DNA from: an uncultured delta proteobacterium
Lineage (GTDB): Bacteria; Desulfobacterota; Desulfobacteria; Desulfobacterales; QNYZ01
Length of the DNA stretch: 64,000 nucleotides
NCBI GenBank assembly: GCA_963845145.1
Contig: CAWJQU010000005.1
Span: forward strand, 1,280,001 to 1,344,000
Direction of reading: 5' to 3'
Made by a program: the position numbers and the translations under genes. The first letter of the stretch is position 1. Each line of letters starts with the position of its first letter. Below the pieces are notes generated by a model. The model made no database searches. It saw only the letters and a list, made by a program, of their open reading frames with translations, and was not told where the DNA came from. Positions 30,668 to 41,136 of the stretch are shown in pieces.

Positions 30668-31438
30668 ATGAAATATAGGATGTACATAGATGAAGTCGGA
30701 AATTCAGATTTAAAAAGTTCTGAAAATCCACTTCATCGGTTTTTAAGCCTAACCGGCGTGGTAATCGACTTAGGTTACATTTCTGAAGTTCTATTTCCAG
30801 ATATTGAAAATTTGAAAGTCAAATATTTTAAATCTCATCCAGACGATCCTATAATTCTTCATCGAAAAGAATTGGTTAATGCCAAATACCCATTTAAGGC
30901 CTTGAAAGATGAGAAGGTTAAACGACAGTTTGATAAAGAGCTTCTGGGATTGTTAACAAAATGGGAATATTCCGTTGTAACTGTCTGTCTCGATAAAAAG
31001 GCACATAAAGACACTTATATGGTCTGGCGATATGATCCTTATCATTATTGTCTCGCCTTGCTACTTGAGCGATACACGTTCTTTCTGGAGCAGAAACAAA
31101 AGCAAGGTGACGTAATGGCTGAATCAAGGGGCGGAAAGGAGGATAAACGCCTTAAAGCATCATTCTTGAAATTATGGCAAGAAGGTACGCAGTTTATACC
31201 CCAGGAAAGATTCCACGAAGTGTTCACCAGTAAACAGTTGAAAGTAAAGCCGAAGTCAAATAATATATCCGGTCTTCAGTTGGCTGATCTGATAGCACAT
31301 CCAAGCAGAAATGAAATTCTTTCTGAAAACAAATTGCTTGATAAACCGTTAGCCCCCTTTGCGAAAAAGATCATTGGGATTTTGCAGTCAAAATATTATC
31401 AACATCATGAGAAAATATTTGGGAAGAAGTTTATTTAG
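30668..31438 (+). CDS. DUF3800 domain protein (predicted RNase H-like fold)
   Basis: N-terminal MYIDEVG, LH motif, C-terminal GLQLADLIA; visibly AT-rich. Confidence 0.8.
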   Translation: MKYRMYIDEVGNSDLKSSENPLHRFLSLTGVVIDLGYISEVLFPDIENLKVKYFKSHPDDPIILHRKELVNAKYPFKALKDEKVKRQFDKELLGLLTKWEYSVVTVCLDKKAHKDTYMVWRYDPYHYCLALLLERYTFFLEQKQKQGDVMAESRGGKEDKRLKASFLKLWQEGTQFIPQERFHEVFTSKQLKVKPKSNNISGLQLADLIAHPSRNEILSENKLLDKPLAPFAKKIIGILQSKYYQHHEKIFGKKFI

Positions 31439-31442
31439 GTAT

Positions 31443-31505
31443 AAAAAAAGGGCCTTTCGGCCCCGATGGTAAGATACCATCCACCTCCATGAATATGGAT
31501 TGGTG
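31443..31505 (-). ncRNA. Small structured RNA convergent with the DUF3800 gene
   Basis: Own promoter, two hairpins (UCCAU/AUGGA with CACC/GGUG; GAUGGUA/UACCAUC), then GGGCC-GAAA-GGCCC and U7. Confidence 0.75.
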
Positions 31506-31508
31506 AGA

Positions 31509-31537
31509 ACTATATGTTATATGATTGTAAATGTCAA
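31509..31537 (-). promoter_or_regulatory. Near-consensus sigma70 promoter for the small RNA
   Basis: Minus strand TTGACA(31537-31532)-17 nt-TATAGT(31514-31509). Confidence 0.75.
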
Positions 31538-31554
31538 TAGTTTATTTCTATCAT

Positions 31555-32210
31555 AGAAAACCACCCCCTTGGGGGGTGGTCAGAGTTCAACGGCTCTGCC
31601 GGTTGAACAGAGTCGGCTCATAAGTTACTTCATCTTATAGTTGTCCCCACAACTAATAGGAAAGGAGTAAAAAATGAGCCGATTCAGAAAGTTATCACAT
31701 ACAATTTGGCATTGCCAGTATCATATGGTTTGGACGCCCAAATATCGTTTGAGAATTCTCGAAGGTGCTGTCGCTACAGAAGTTACAAACGGTATAAGGA
31801 TGTTTAGCGAACAGAAAAGATTGCGAAATCGTTGAGTTAAATGTCCAGATTGACCATGTCCACTTAGTGGTTATGCATGCTGCCTAAGTTTTCGATATCT
31901 GACTATATGGGCATCGTCAAGGGACGTACGGCAATACGTGTATTCAATCAGATTTCGCAATTTAAAGATAAAAGCCCTATTGGGGTAATCATTTTTGGGC
32001 CAGAGGTTACTGTGTTGATACAGTTGGCCTTGATGCCGATAGAATACGGAAATATGTTAAGTACCAAGAAGCACAAGAGAAAAAGATAGAAAAATAACCA
32101 TCGCCAAAATTGGGGACAATTAATCTCGCCTCCTCAGGGGGCAAGAGACAGGCTTACCCCCTTATAGGGGTAAACTTAATACCACCCCCTCTGTTGGGTG
32201 GATTTTTATT
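31555..32210 (+). mobile_element. IS200-like element (IS200/IS605 family, tnpA only)
   Basis: Subterminal hairpins CCACCCCC-TT-GGGGGGTGG (31561) and CCACCC..GGGTGG (about 32182) flank a tnpA; exact ends uncertain. Confidence 0.8.
31674..32097 (+). pseudogene. tnpA: IS200 Y1 transposase with several frameshifts
   Basis: AAGGAG RBS; MSRFRKLSHTIWHCQYHMVWTPKYR, DHVH (HUH), KGRTA, FWARGYCVDTVG and IRKYVKYQ in shifting frames. Confidence 0.85.
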
Positions 32211-32242
32211 TGTGATGTTAAATCAATTAGATAAAGTCCTTC

Positions 32243-32635
32243 ATGCGCTTGACCACAAAAGCCTTGCGGCTTTTACGGCATGTGATGAGCCCGTTAGCCT
32301 CCAAAGCGAATACCCAATCAGATATTGAGGCGAACCTGCTGGGAAAAGTGGCGACGGCCAAAGCAATAATGTTGCATATGAATGACAAGCCGTGTGGATT
32401 TGCGGTCTATTACGACACAATTTCTACCACAACAGGTAAGCGAGGCCTACATCTCGATGACCTATATGTTGAACCAGCTTATCAGGGAAAGGGCCTTGGT
32501 AGAAAAGCGCTCGTTTATCTGGCAAAAGTAGCAAAAGAAAAAAAATGCGCTCGTTTGAGTGGTGAGCATTCAAAACAAATGAGCCAATCCCAAAACGTCC
32601 CAGTTTGCCCAATCTCTGCGTCAGGCTCAAATTGA
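32243..32635 (+). pseudogene. Truncated GNAT acetyltransferase
   Basis: LHLDDLYVEPAYQGKGLG present; both ends look degenerate; adjacent to the IS. Confidence 0.6.
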
Positions 32636-32716
32636 AGATTTGATAAAAGATAACCAAAGCACGCGACAAACAAGTGATGAAACGCAATCTCTATAAACCA
32701 TAGAAAGGATGATATC

Positions 32717-33839
32717 ATGATGGGAAAAGGTGAGAGCCAGTCGATCAATTTCCTCCGAGGTGTTCCTTCCGAAGAAGCCCTGGCACACCTCATTCCCATG
32801 GCATCGGAAGGATACGAAAAGGTGATTCGGTTTTATGGAACGGATGTGCTTCAATATGGCCATTTTTCCGGATTTAAACCCCTGCGTGAATTGATCGGGA
32901 AGATGCACGACGTCAGCCCGGACCGGGTTATTGTCGGAAATGGCGGCTTGGAGGTCATTTCCCTGTTTTTTAAATCTCTGCCTTTGCATAGCAACATCAT
33001 TGTTGAGGAAGCGACTTACGATAGGGTCCTGTTTGATGCCAAGCGCTATGGACACAATTTGGTGGGCGTGAAATTAACACCGAATGGGATTGATTTGACC
33101 CAATTGGAAGATGTGGTGAAAAAGATGGAATGTGCTGTTTTTTACGGCATTCCTTTTCATCAGAACCCCACGGGTATCAATTATACAGCCGATAACCGCC
33201 AGGCTGTTGAACAACTATGCAAGGAAAATAAAATTTTGTGTGTATGGGATGTTTGTTATCAGGATCTTCGATATGATGGAAAATCGAATGAACCTATCGC
33301 TGTTTCTGAATGGGGGCCCATATTAACCAGTTCTTTTACAAAAACGATTTCACCGGGAACCAAATGCGGTTACATGATTGTCCCCGATCATTATGTGGCG
33401 CATCTGACAAATATTATCGCTAATACGCGCATTAATCCCAATCTTCCCACCCAAGCGTTTGTGGCTGATTTTATAGAATCCGGAAAGTATGGCGATTTTC
33501 TTAAATTTTTGTGCCAACTATATAAACCGAAAATGGATATGTTGAACAAAGCCATGATGACCCACTTTCCCGGCATATTGCCTGCTGAAATCAGCGGTGG
33601 TTTTTTTGCGCCCCTTACACTGGGAAATATTTCAGGTGATAAAGAATCGGCCTTTATTGACTCGGCCAAAAAAGTGGGCGTTGGCATCGCTCCGGCATGG
33701 GGTGCTGTCGCCCCCAACGTCAGAGAAGAAATGCGCAAAAAAGGGCTCTTTATCAGACTGACTTTTCCCGCTTTTAAGGCAAGTGACATCGAATGGGGCA
33801 TTTCCAAAACTTAAGGAAACGGTTGAGATGGTTGGTTGA
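32717..33839 (+). CDS. PLP-dependent aminotransferase class I/II; likely terminal frameshift near 33807
   Basis: HQNPTG, DxxY, SFTKTISPG; C-terminal KLKETVEMVG continues in another frame. Confidence 0.85.
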
Positions 33840-33948
33840 TGTAAGGTTTGAATGTATCCTTCGGTAAATATGAATTAAGCGTCTGGCTATAATGAACCAA
33901 ACTTCAGAATAGTCTTGACTTTTATGAAGTTTGGCTCATAATGGTCAT

Positions 33949-35085
33949 ATGGAACGATATTTAGAAGAACATATCCGTAAAGATCTCGGAGATAAGATCA
34001 TCCTCCTTTCCGGTCCACGGCAGGTTGGCAAAACCACACTGTCGGTGCAACTGGCGCCGTCACACGTTTATTTGAATTATGATGCGACTTCCGATCGGCA
34101 AGTCATCCATGCCGAAGAATGGCACAGGGAAACCAATCTGGTCATTTTTGACGAACTCCACAAAATGAAAAACTGGAAGTCTTGGATTAAAGGGATTTAC
34201 GATACCGAGGGTATCTCCCCTCCGATACTGGTTACCGGGTCGGCTCGATTGGATACCTATAAGAAAGGGGGGGAATCTCTGGCCGGCCGTTTTTTTTCTT
34301 ATCGTCTCCACCCGTTGACGGTTAAGGAGATCTGTCAGAATTCAGAGGAAAGTGCCGATAAAGCCTTGGATAATCTGATTAAACTAGGCGGTTTTCCTGA
34401 GCCGTATCTCAAAAAGAGTGAAGCCTTTGCCAAGCGTTTTCGACGCATCCACACCGACACGATTGTCAGGGAAGATCTTTTAGACTTAGAGCGTGTGCGG
34501 GATATCAAATCCATTGAGATCTTGATCGATCTGATAAAAACCCGCGTCGGGTCAACGACCTCCTATGCATCGCTGGCCAATGATCTTCAGGTGTCCATTC
34601 ATACCGTCAAGCACTGGCTGCAGATCCTGGAAAACCTATACATTATTTTTGCGGTGCGCCCCTATCATAAAAATATTGCCCGCAGCTTATTAAAAGAACC
34701 AAAATACTATTTGTACGATACCGGCGCCGTGGAAGGGGGGCTTGGGGCTAAACTCGAAAACACGGTGGCCTGTGCACTGTTACGGGAGTTACACTTTCTT
34801 GAAGATACCACCGGCAGCCGGGTGGCCCTTCATTACCTCCGAGACAAAGAAAAACATGAAGTCGACTTTTTGGTGGTTGTGGACAACCAACCCAAATTGA
34901 TGATCGAAGTCAAGGTAAAAGACGACCGCTTTTCTCCGTCACTTTTCCGGTTTCACCGGTATTTAAAAGATGTGAGCCTTTACCAGGTGGTTTACAAATT
35001 GAAACATAAAAAGACAAAAGATGCCGCCACTATGGTTCCGGCGAGTGAATTTTTAAGGGACTTGGAGATTAGAAACGGTGGATAA
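33949..35085 (+). CDS. AAA+ ATPase (AAA_14 with DUF4143)
   Basis: GPRQVGKTT, FDELH, TGS, LAGR, GGFPE, YLYDTG, EVDF..IEVK. Confidence 0.9.
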   Translation: MERYLEEHIRKDLGDKIILLSGPRQVGKTTLSVQLAPSHVYLNYDATSDRQVIHAEEWHRETNLVIFDELHKMKNWKSWIKGIYDTEGISPPILVTGSARLDTYKKGGESLAGRFFSYRLHPLTVKEICQNSEESADKALDNLIKLGGFPEPYLKKSEAFAKRFRRIHTDTIVREDLLDLERVRDIKSIEILIDLIKTRVGSTTSYASLANDLQVSIHTVKHWLQILENLYIIFAVRPYHKNIARSLLKEPKYYLYDTGAVEGGLGAKLENTVACALLRELHFLEDTTGSRVALHYLRDKEKHEVDFLVVVDNQPKLMIEVKVKDDRFSPSLFRFHRYLKDVSLYQVVYKLKHKKTKDAATMVPASEFLRDLEIRNGG

Positions 35086-35149
35086 CATTAAATATGTAAG
35101 GCTATCCCGTTCCGAATAATCACATTGATGCTTTGAGGTATGGGTAGGT

Positions 35150-35851
35150 ATGGAATCTAAAACGTCTTGGTTTGGTATAAAATGTCTATTTGTGCATTAC
35201 AATCTCGCAAGAGAAGAGAATAAAACCATATTTGAAGAGCGTATCATTGTTGTCCAGGCCAAAAATTCAGATTGGGCAATAAAGAAGGCCGAAAAAGATG
35301 CACATGATTACGCTGGGGATGAGAATGATTGCGAATATATAAATTTTATTGATTGCTTCAATATTGAGGGCGATGAAATTTCTGATCGGACTGAAGTTTA
35401 CTCAATAATGCACAAAAGTGATCTTGATCCTTCTACTTTTATCAGTAGATATTATGACAATGGCGAACAATGTTCAACAGAACACTCGGAATATGACCAT
35501 GGTATTGACGCTTGGGTGACGGCATTCGGGCCCTTTTCACCCGAGATAGCAAATTTTCTTGAACAAGATGAAAATTATTACAGAAACACCCAAGAGGGGA
35601 AAAATGTAATTGTAGATTCAATATTCTATAGCAATGGTAAAAAGAAAAGCCTAAAGTTGGCTGAATGCTTTGGTATTGATTTTCTAGATTTTAATCAACA
35701 TGAACTTAACACCGAATTAGTCAACATTTTCATGCTTAGAAAAGAATTTGGGGAAGATGATACAAAAAAATATATCAAATTGCGTGACGCTGGCTTTACT
35801 TTTTTTTTCAACCCTTACATTGAAAAACCAAAGATTCTTGAAAAACAATAA
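35150..35851 (+). CDS. DUF4288-like hypothetical protein, AT-rich
   Basis: FEERIIVVQA...AIKKAE, EVYS motif. Confidence 0.6.
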   Translation: MESKTSWFGIKCLFVHYNLAREENKTIFEERIIVVQAKNSDWAIKKAEKDAHDYAGDENDCEYINFIDCFNIEGDEISDRTEVYSIMHKSDLDPSTFISRYYDNGEQCSTEHSEYDHGIDAWVTAFGPFSPEIANFLEQDENYYRNTQEGKNVIVDSIFYSNGKKKSLKLAECFGIDFLDFNQHELNTELVNIFMLRKEFGEDDTKKYIKLRDAGFTFFFNPYIEKPKILEKQ

Positions 35852-35855
35852 GCAG

Positions 35856-35983
35856 GGCTAACCCAGGTTCTCAAGTGAGTTGGCGAAAGCAGTGCATTTT
35901 CCTTGGTGTCATTTGACATAAATTTCGGGCTGTGAATCGGCTTCGAATCACTTTTTACGTCCCTGTTTAGTGCTTTGTTAGTC
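35856..35983 (+). other. attC-like integron cassette recombination site
   Basis: GGCTAAC five bases after the stop codon and GTTAGTC 128 bp later; inner arms only partly paired. Confidence 0.55.
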
Positions 35984-36023
35984 CGCAGTTTGCGGTGACT
36001 CTCTCCAAGACGGTGTAGAATTA

Positions 36024-36642
36024 ATGAAAACTATCATTCTCCCAGGCATGGGGGCGGACGCCACCATGTACCCGAGAAGCGCTTACGAAAATTTATCGGG
36101 GGTTACTTTTGCCGATTGGCCACCATATAATGGAGAAAGCAGCCTTGAAGATGTCGCCGAGAGCGTCATAGAATACTACCAGATTACAGAGAATACGGTG
36201 GTGGGCGGGTCTTCATTGGGCGGGATGATAGCTGTTCAAATTGCGAAAGTTCTAAATATCAAAAAAGTCATTTTAATCGGTAGCGCCACTGATCCAAAGT
36301 ACATGAATCCTGTCTTCAAATTATTAAGGAATAAAACTGAAAAGGCACCCATCGAATTTTTCCAGCTTTGTTGTCGGCAAAATGAACATTGGTGATAATA
36401 ACCTTCTTGCTATGTTCGAAAGGGCCGATAGCCGTTTTATGAAGGCGATGTGCAAAGCCATCTTCAAGTGGGAAGGGATTGGAAACTACCATTGCAATAT
36501 CTGTCATATCCACGGTGCGGCGGACAAGGTCATCTTTCCACCTAAAGAGGATGTGGAAATTATAAAAGGGGCCGGCCATTTAGTTGCCATGACCCACGGT
36601 GAACGAGTGTCAAAATTTATCAGGGATCATGCACAATTCTAA
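36024..36642 (+). CDS. Alpha/beta hydrolase, frameshifted near 36370
   Basis: LPGMGAD, GSSLGG, then IHGAAD...GAGH in a second frame. Confidence 0.8.
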
Positions 36643-36669
36643 AGCGTTGAATCAACGAAAGGAAATGAC

Positions 36670-37209
36670 ATGTTTACAAAAGAAAATACCACACTGCTGA
36701 TTGTTGATGTACAGGGCAATTTAGCCCAACAGATGCATGACAAGGAGGCTCTATTTACGAGCATGCGGAAACTGATCAAGGGCATTCAGGTTTTAGGAAT
36801 CCCAACGCTTTGGGTCGAACAGAATCCGCAAGGGCTGGGGCCGACCATCCCCGAAATCGCCGATATCCTGTCCGATTCTCAACCGATCAGTAAGATGAGC
36901 TTTAGTTGTTGCGGTAGTGACGGGTTCATTCGGGCCCTGAAAGCCTTGGATCGAAAGCAGGTTTTGATTACCGGCATTGAGGCTCACATCTGCGTCTATC
37001 AAACCGCCATGGATCTGGTGAACCTGGGGTATGATGTTCAAGTTGTGGCTGACGCCGTCTCTTCAAGAACGGTGGAAAATAAAAAAATCGCTCTAAAGAA
37101 AATGAGGGATGCGGGCGTCGGTTTGACAAGTGTTGAAATCACAATGTTTGAATTGCTTAAAGTGGCAGAGGGAGAACTGTTTAAGGAGATTCTCAAGATT
37201 GTGAAGTAG
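36670..37209 (+). CDS. Isochorismatase-family hydrolase
   Basis: IVDVQ, EQNPQGLGPT, KMSFSC, GIEAHICV. Confidence 0.9.
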   Translation: MFTKENTTLLIVDVQGNLAQQMHDKEALFTSMRKLIKGIQVLGIPTLWVEQNPQGLGPTIPEIADILSDSQPISKMSFSCCGSDGFIRALKALDRKQVLITGIEAHICVYQTAMDLVNLGYDVQVVADAVSSRTVENKKIALKKMRDAGVGLTSVEITMFELLKVAEGELFKEILKIVK

Positions 37210-37336
37210 CTGACTTGATCAACCAAGTGCCGGGACGCTTGTTTTCGTTGGCCGTGTAAGAGCAACCTTAAATGTTATCTAAATGATGTTGATATCTTAT
37301 AACCGTTGTTGTATGAATCAGTAATCATGTCCTAAA

Positions 37337-37374
37337 CTTTCACCCTTTCACCTTTCACCCTTTACCCTTTTACC
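37337..37374 (+). repeat. Degenerate 7-8-bp tandem repeat (CTTTCACC)n
   Basis: ctttcaccctttcacctttcaccctttacccttttacc. Confidence 0.7.
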
Positions 37375-37477
37375 ACTCCCATTGATCTGCGCAAACCCCT
37401 GAATCCTGCTTCTACCAAACCTTAATAACCCCCGAACAATTCAAATAAAATATTGCTTTTTAACGTTGATTCCATCT

Positions 37478-37502
37478 GTAGGGGCACCCCTTGTGGGTGC
37501 CC
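37478..37502 (+). repeat. GTAG-family REP element
   Basis: GTAG followed by GGGCACCC-CTTGT-GGGTGCCC palindrome. Confidence 0.7.
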
Positions 37503-37645
37503 ATGCCCCTTGTGTTGTGGATATCTGGGCGGACAAACCACCGGGCGACTATGCGGTCATTTAAAAAATAAATGCGATTGCCCTGGGTAGATTGCATGAT
37601 TGTGTTGAAACCCATAACGAACATACACCAAAATCGGAGGATAAA

Positions 37646-38653
37646 ATGAAACCTGATGAATTACCCCCACCTGTACAGCTGATGAATTATATTGTCGGAA
37701 AATGGATAAGCAAACCCATTTACGTAGCGGCAGAATTGGGTATCGCAGATTTGCTGGCCGAAGGTTCCAAAAGTATTGAAGAGCTCGCCCAAGCAAGCCA
37801 GTCGCATGCACCCTTTCTTTACAGGATGATGAGGGCCCTGGCGAGTGTCGGTATTTTTTTCGAAACAAAGAATCAGCGATTTGAACTAACGCCCATGGCC
37901 GAATATTTGAAAGAGGGGGCGATGAAATCCTTCGCATTACTGTTTAATTCAGACTGGAGTGATAAAGCTTGGGGATATTTTCTGGACAGTGTGAAGACCG
38001 GAAGTACCGCCTTTGAAATGGCGCATGGCATGCCGGTTTCCGACTGGCTTGAAAAAAACTCGGGTGCAGCCGATGTGTTTAATGAAGCCAATGCCATAAA
38101 AGCCGCCGGCTCTCACCGTGTCATTGTGGATGCTTATGATTTTTCCGGCATCCAGACTCTGACGGATGTTGGTGGTGGGCTGGGGGTATTGATGGCAGAG
38201 ATCTTAATGGCCAATCCATTAATGCAAGGGGTGGTTGCGGATACGCCCGCTGTAATCCAGAAGGCCAAGAAAATAATTCAGTCTCGAAGCCTTACCGACC
38301 GCTGTGAAGCGGTAGCGTGTGATTTTTTTAAAGAGATCCCGGCCGGCAGTGATGGCTATCTGATGTCCAATATCCTCCATGATTGGTCGGATGAGCAATG
38401 TCATTTAATCTTGAGAAATTGCCACAAAGCGATGACTCTGGAATCTAAGCTTATCATTGTTGAGATGGTTGTCCCTCCCGGGAATCAGCCATCAATCGCT
38501 AAGCTTTTGGACCTTGAAATGATGGTTACTACGGGTGGCCGCGAACGGACTAAAACTGAATTCAAATCATTACTCGAATCATGCGGGTTCAAATTTGCCC
38601 GGATTATCTCCACAAAGGAGAATATTTGCGTCATCGAAGGGATTCGATTATAG
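37646..38653 (+). CDS. SAM-dependent O-methyltransferase with dimerisation domain
   Basis: GGAGG RBS; DVGGGLG, DFF, ILHDW, GGRERT. Confidence 0.9.
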   Translation: MKPDELPPPVQLMNYIVGKWISKPIYVAAELGIADLLAEGSKSIEELAQASQSHAPFLYRMMRALASVGIFFETKNQRFELTPMAEYLKEGAMKSFALLFNSDWSDKAWGYFLDSVKTGSTAFEMAHGMPVSDWLEKNSGAADVFNEANAIKAAGSHRVIVDAYDFSGIQTLTDVGGGLGVLMAEILMANPLMQGVVADTPAVIQKAKKIIQSRSLTDRCEAVACDFFKEIPAGSDGYLMSNILHDWSDEQCHLILRNCHKAMTLESKLIIVEMVVPPGNQPSIAKLLDLEMMVTTGGRERTKTEFKSLLESCGFKFARIISTKENICVIEGIRL

Positions 38654-38709
38654 TCTAAAAGTTAAATGACCCGTTGGGATTATGATATATTTCAAAGGAG
38701 AAACCCATC

Positions 38710-39219
38710 ATGCCGACCGTATTCAATACAGCCAACGTAAAGTTCAAATCCAAAGATGCCCCCATCCCAGAGTTTTCCTGGAAAACAAGTCCGCGATTGG
38801 CTAAAATAGTCGGCGCGAACCATTTTGAATTCGATATCCGTTCTCTGGAGCCGGGCCAATTTTCTTTTCCATACCATTTTCATCGAAACGCTGAGGAGTT
38901 GTTTGTGATCCAGTCCGGCAAAGCGATGCTGCGGTCACCGGATGGTTTTAATGAGGTGAATCAAAATGATGTCATCTTTTTCGAAAAAGGGCCTTCCGGT
39001 GCCCATCAGATGTATAACCACGGTGATGTTCCGTGTATCTATATGGATCTGAGGACAACTGTGGGGATTGATATTTGTGAATATCCGGATTCAAATAAAA
39101 TCAACATTCTTCCCTATTTGGAAGTGTATGAATCCGAATCGAAAGTGAGTTACTACCAAGGCGAAGAAAACGTGCGGGCCAAGTGGCCGGAGGAAATGGT
39201 TAAAGAAAAACAAACATGA
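38710..39219 (+). CDS. Cupin domain protein
   Basis: PYHFH..EELF, GAHQ, CEYPDS. Confidence 0.88.
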   Translation: MPTVFNTANVKFKSKDAPIPEFSWKTSPRLAKIVGANHFEFDIRSLEPGQFSFPYHFHRNAEELFVIQSGKAMLRSPDGFNEVNQNDVIFFEKGPSGAHQMYNHGDVPCIYMDLRTTVGIDICEYPDSNKINILPYLEVYESESKVSYYQGEENVRAKWPEEMVKEKQT

Positions 39220-39241
39220 ATAAAGGTTCCCGAGAACAGCC

Positions 39242-40099
39242 TTGAATCACATCGATACAATAAATCAGATTCTTGAGTATATTGAAGCACATATTGATAC
39301 AAACCTCGATCTGTCTTTGCTTGCAGGCAAAAGTGCCCTATCCAAATATCATTTCCATCGAATATTTAAGGCGCTTTTGGGAGAACAACCCCTGAAATAT
39401 GTCAAGAGGCGGCGACTCATGCACGCTGCTCATGATTTGTTGAACACAGACAGGCGTATTATTGACATTGCCTTTGATTTTGGATTTGGTTCGCACGAAG
39501 CTTTCATTAGGACTTTTAAAAAAAGGTTTTCATTAACGCCATCCCAATTTCGTAAGATTAAACCAGCGTTCTTTTTTGAAGGCATATGCAAAATGGGCCC
39601 TTTGGACTTAAGACTTTCAAATGGAAAAGCGATCCCGAATCCTACTGTCATTAGCAGATCGGCATTTTCAATAACCGGTCTGAAATATTCAGGAGATGAT
39701 ACTGGTGCTATTGGTCAATTATGGAAAGCGTTTTGGGAAATGAATGGATCAAAAAATATCAATATGGAAAATCATCAATATTTAGGCGCCTGTTTTCACG
39801 ATATTGACATGAGAAATAATGAGGTTTTTGACTACTATGCAGGTTTTGAAATCGGAGGGTCGATTAATATTCCAAAACGATTCGAAACGATTAATATTCC
39901 TAAGAGCGATTTCGCCGTGTTTAAACACCGAGGGTGCATTGATAATATTGAAATGACCTATGATCATATCTATGGTAATTGGCTTCCTCGTTCAGAATAT
40001 ACGCCAACAATGGATTTGGATATCATTGTTGTGGATAGTCGATTTTCAGGGCGGGAGGAGAAAAGTGAGGTGGATATTTTAATTCCGGTTTCCCGCTAA
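39242..40099 (+). CDS. AraC-family regulator with GyrI-like effector domain
   Basis: SKYHFHRIF, IIDIAFDFGFGSHEAF, TPSQFR; C-terminal IYGNWLP. Confidence 0.9.
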   Translation: MNHIDTINQILEYIEAHIDTNLDLSLLAGKSALSKYHFHRIFKALLGEQPLKYVKRRRLMHAAHDLLNTDRRIIDIAFDFGFGSHEAFIRTFKKRFSLTPSQFRKIKPAFFFEGICKMGPLDLRLSNGKAIPNPTVISRSAFSITGLKYSGDDTGAIGQLWKAFWEMNGSKNINMENHQYLGACFHDIDMRNNEVFDYYAGFEIGGSINIPKRFETINIPKSDFAVFKHRGCIDNIEMTYDHIYGNWLPRSEYTPTMDLDIIVVDSRFSGREEKSEVDILIPVSR

Positions 40100-40184
40100 A
40101 AAAAGCAAAAAGTGTCAAGAAATAACATTCCAATATTTGTAAGCTCTGTCTGTTTTATTAACCCGTAGCAGATAGGAGCTAAAA

Positions 40185-41027
40185 ATGAAGACGTTAAAAG
40201 GAAAAATCGCACTTGTAACTGGGGCCAGTAGAGGAATCGGAAAAGGTATCGCTCTTGGTTTGGGAGAAAATGGCGCAACCGTTTATGTAACAGGTAGGAC
40301 GAAGGAGGGAACGACTGGTGTACAAGGTCTTGAAGGGTCAATTCAAGAAACAGCCAATGAAATAAATGAGGGGAACGGTATTGGGGTTGCTCTTCACTGC
40401 GACCACACAGACGATAATAGAGTTAAAGAGGTATTCGATGATATTCTAGAAAAAGAACAGCGGATTGATATACTGGTAAATAATGTATGGGGGGGATATG
40501 AGTGTATGTTTGATGATCGGGGTGAGTATATATGGGAAAAGTCCTTTTGGGAGCAGCCTATAGAGCAATGGGATTTGATGTTTGCAGCGGGGGTCAGAGC
40601 ACATTATGTTTCGAGCCGCTATGCCGCAAAAATAATGGTCAAACAAAAACATGGACTGATTGTTAATTTATCGCACTGGGCCGCTCGGAAATTTAACGGA
40701 AATGTCTGTTACGGCATTTCAAAAGCCGCGACAGACAAGCTTACTTCGGATACAGCACATGATTTGCTCTCAGATAATATCGCGGTTATTTCACTCTATC
40801 CGGGGCTTGTTAGAACAGAAAGAGTGATGCGAGCAGCAGAATTTTTAGATTTATCAAATTCAGAATCACCACAATATCTAGGACGTGTTATTGCTGCCAT
40901 GTATAAAGACCCTTCATTGTTGAAGAAATCGGGCAATCCGTTTATTGCTGCTCAATTAGGTTTGGCGTATGGAATTTCAGACATTGATGGAAAAATGCCA
41001 AAACCATTATCAATTGAGGATGTATGA
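40185..41027 (+). CDS. Short-chain dehydrogenase/reductase
   Basis: TGASRGIG, LVNN, YGISK. Confidence 0.92.
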   Translation: MKTLKGKIALVTGASRGIGKGIALGLGENGATVYVTGRTKEGTTGVQGLEGSIQETANEINEGNGIGVALHCDHTDDNRVKEVFDDILEKEQRIDILVNNVWGGYECMFDDRGEYIWEKSFWEQPIEQWDLMFAAGVRAHYVSSRYAAKIMVKQKHGLIVNLSHWAARKFNGNVCYGISKAATDKLTSDTAHDLLSDNIAVISLYPGLVRTERVMRAAEFLDLSNSESPQYLGRVIAAMYKDPSLLKKSGNPFIAAQLGLAYGISDIDGKMPKPLSIEDV

Positions 41028-41051
41028 TCTGAAGTACTATCCTCTATTTCA

Positions 41052-41094
41052 GCGGATCGCAATGAAGACCGCGACTGCTGGTCTCGCGATCCGC
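41052..41094. repeat. Intergenic palindrome (possible attC relic)
   Basis: GCGGATCGC...AGACC..GGTCT.GCGATCCGC. Confidence 0.4.
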
Positions 41095-41136
41095 CGTTTT
41101 AACCCAAGAAAATGGCCGAAATAGAACTGTAATTTA

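Noticed and set aside
32098..32210. TnpB/omegaRNA system at the IS200 right end
   Set aside because: No tnpB or iscB ORF; the hairpins fit ordinary IS200 end structures.
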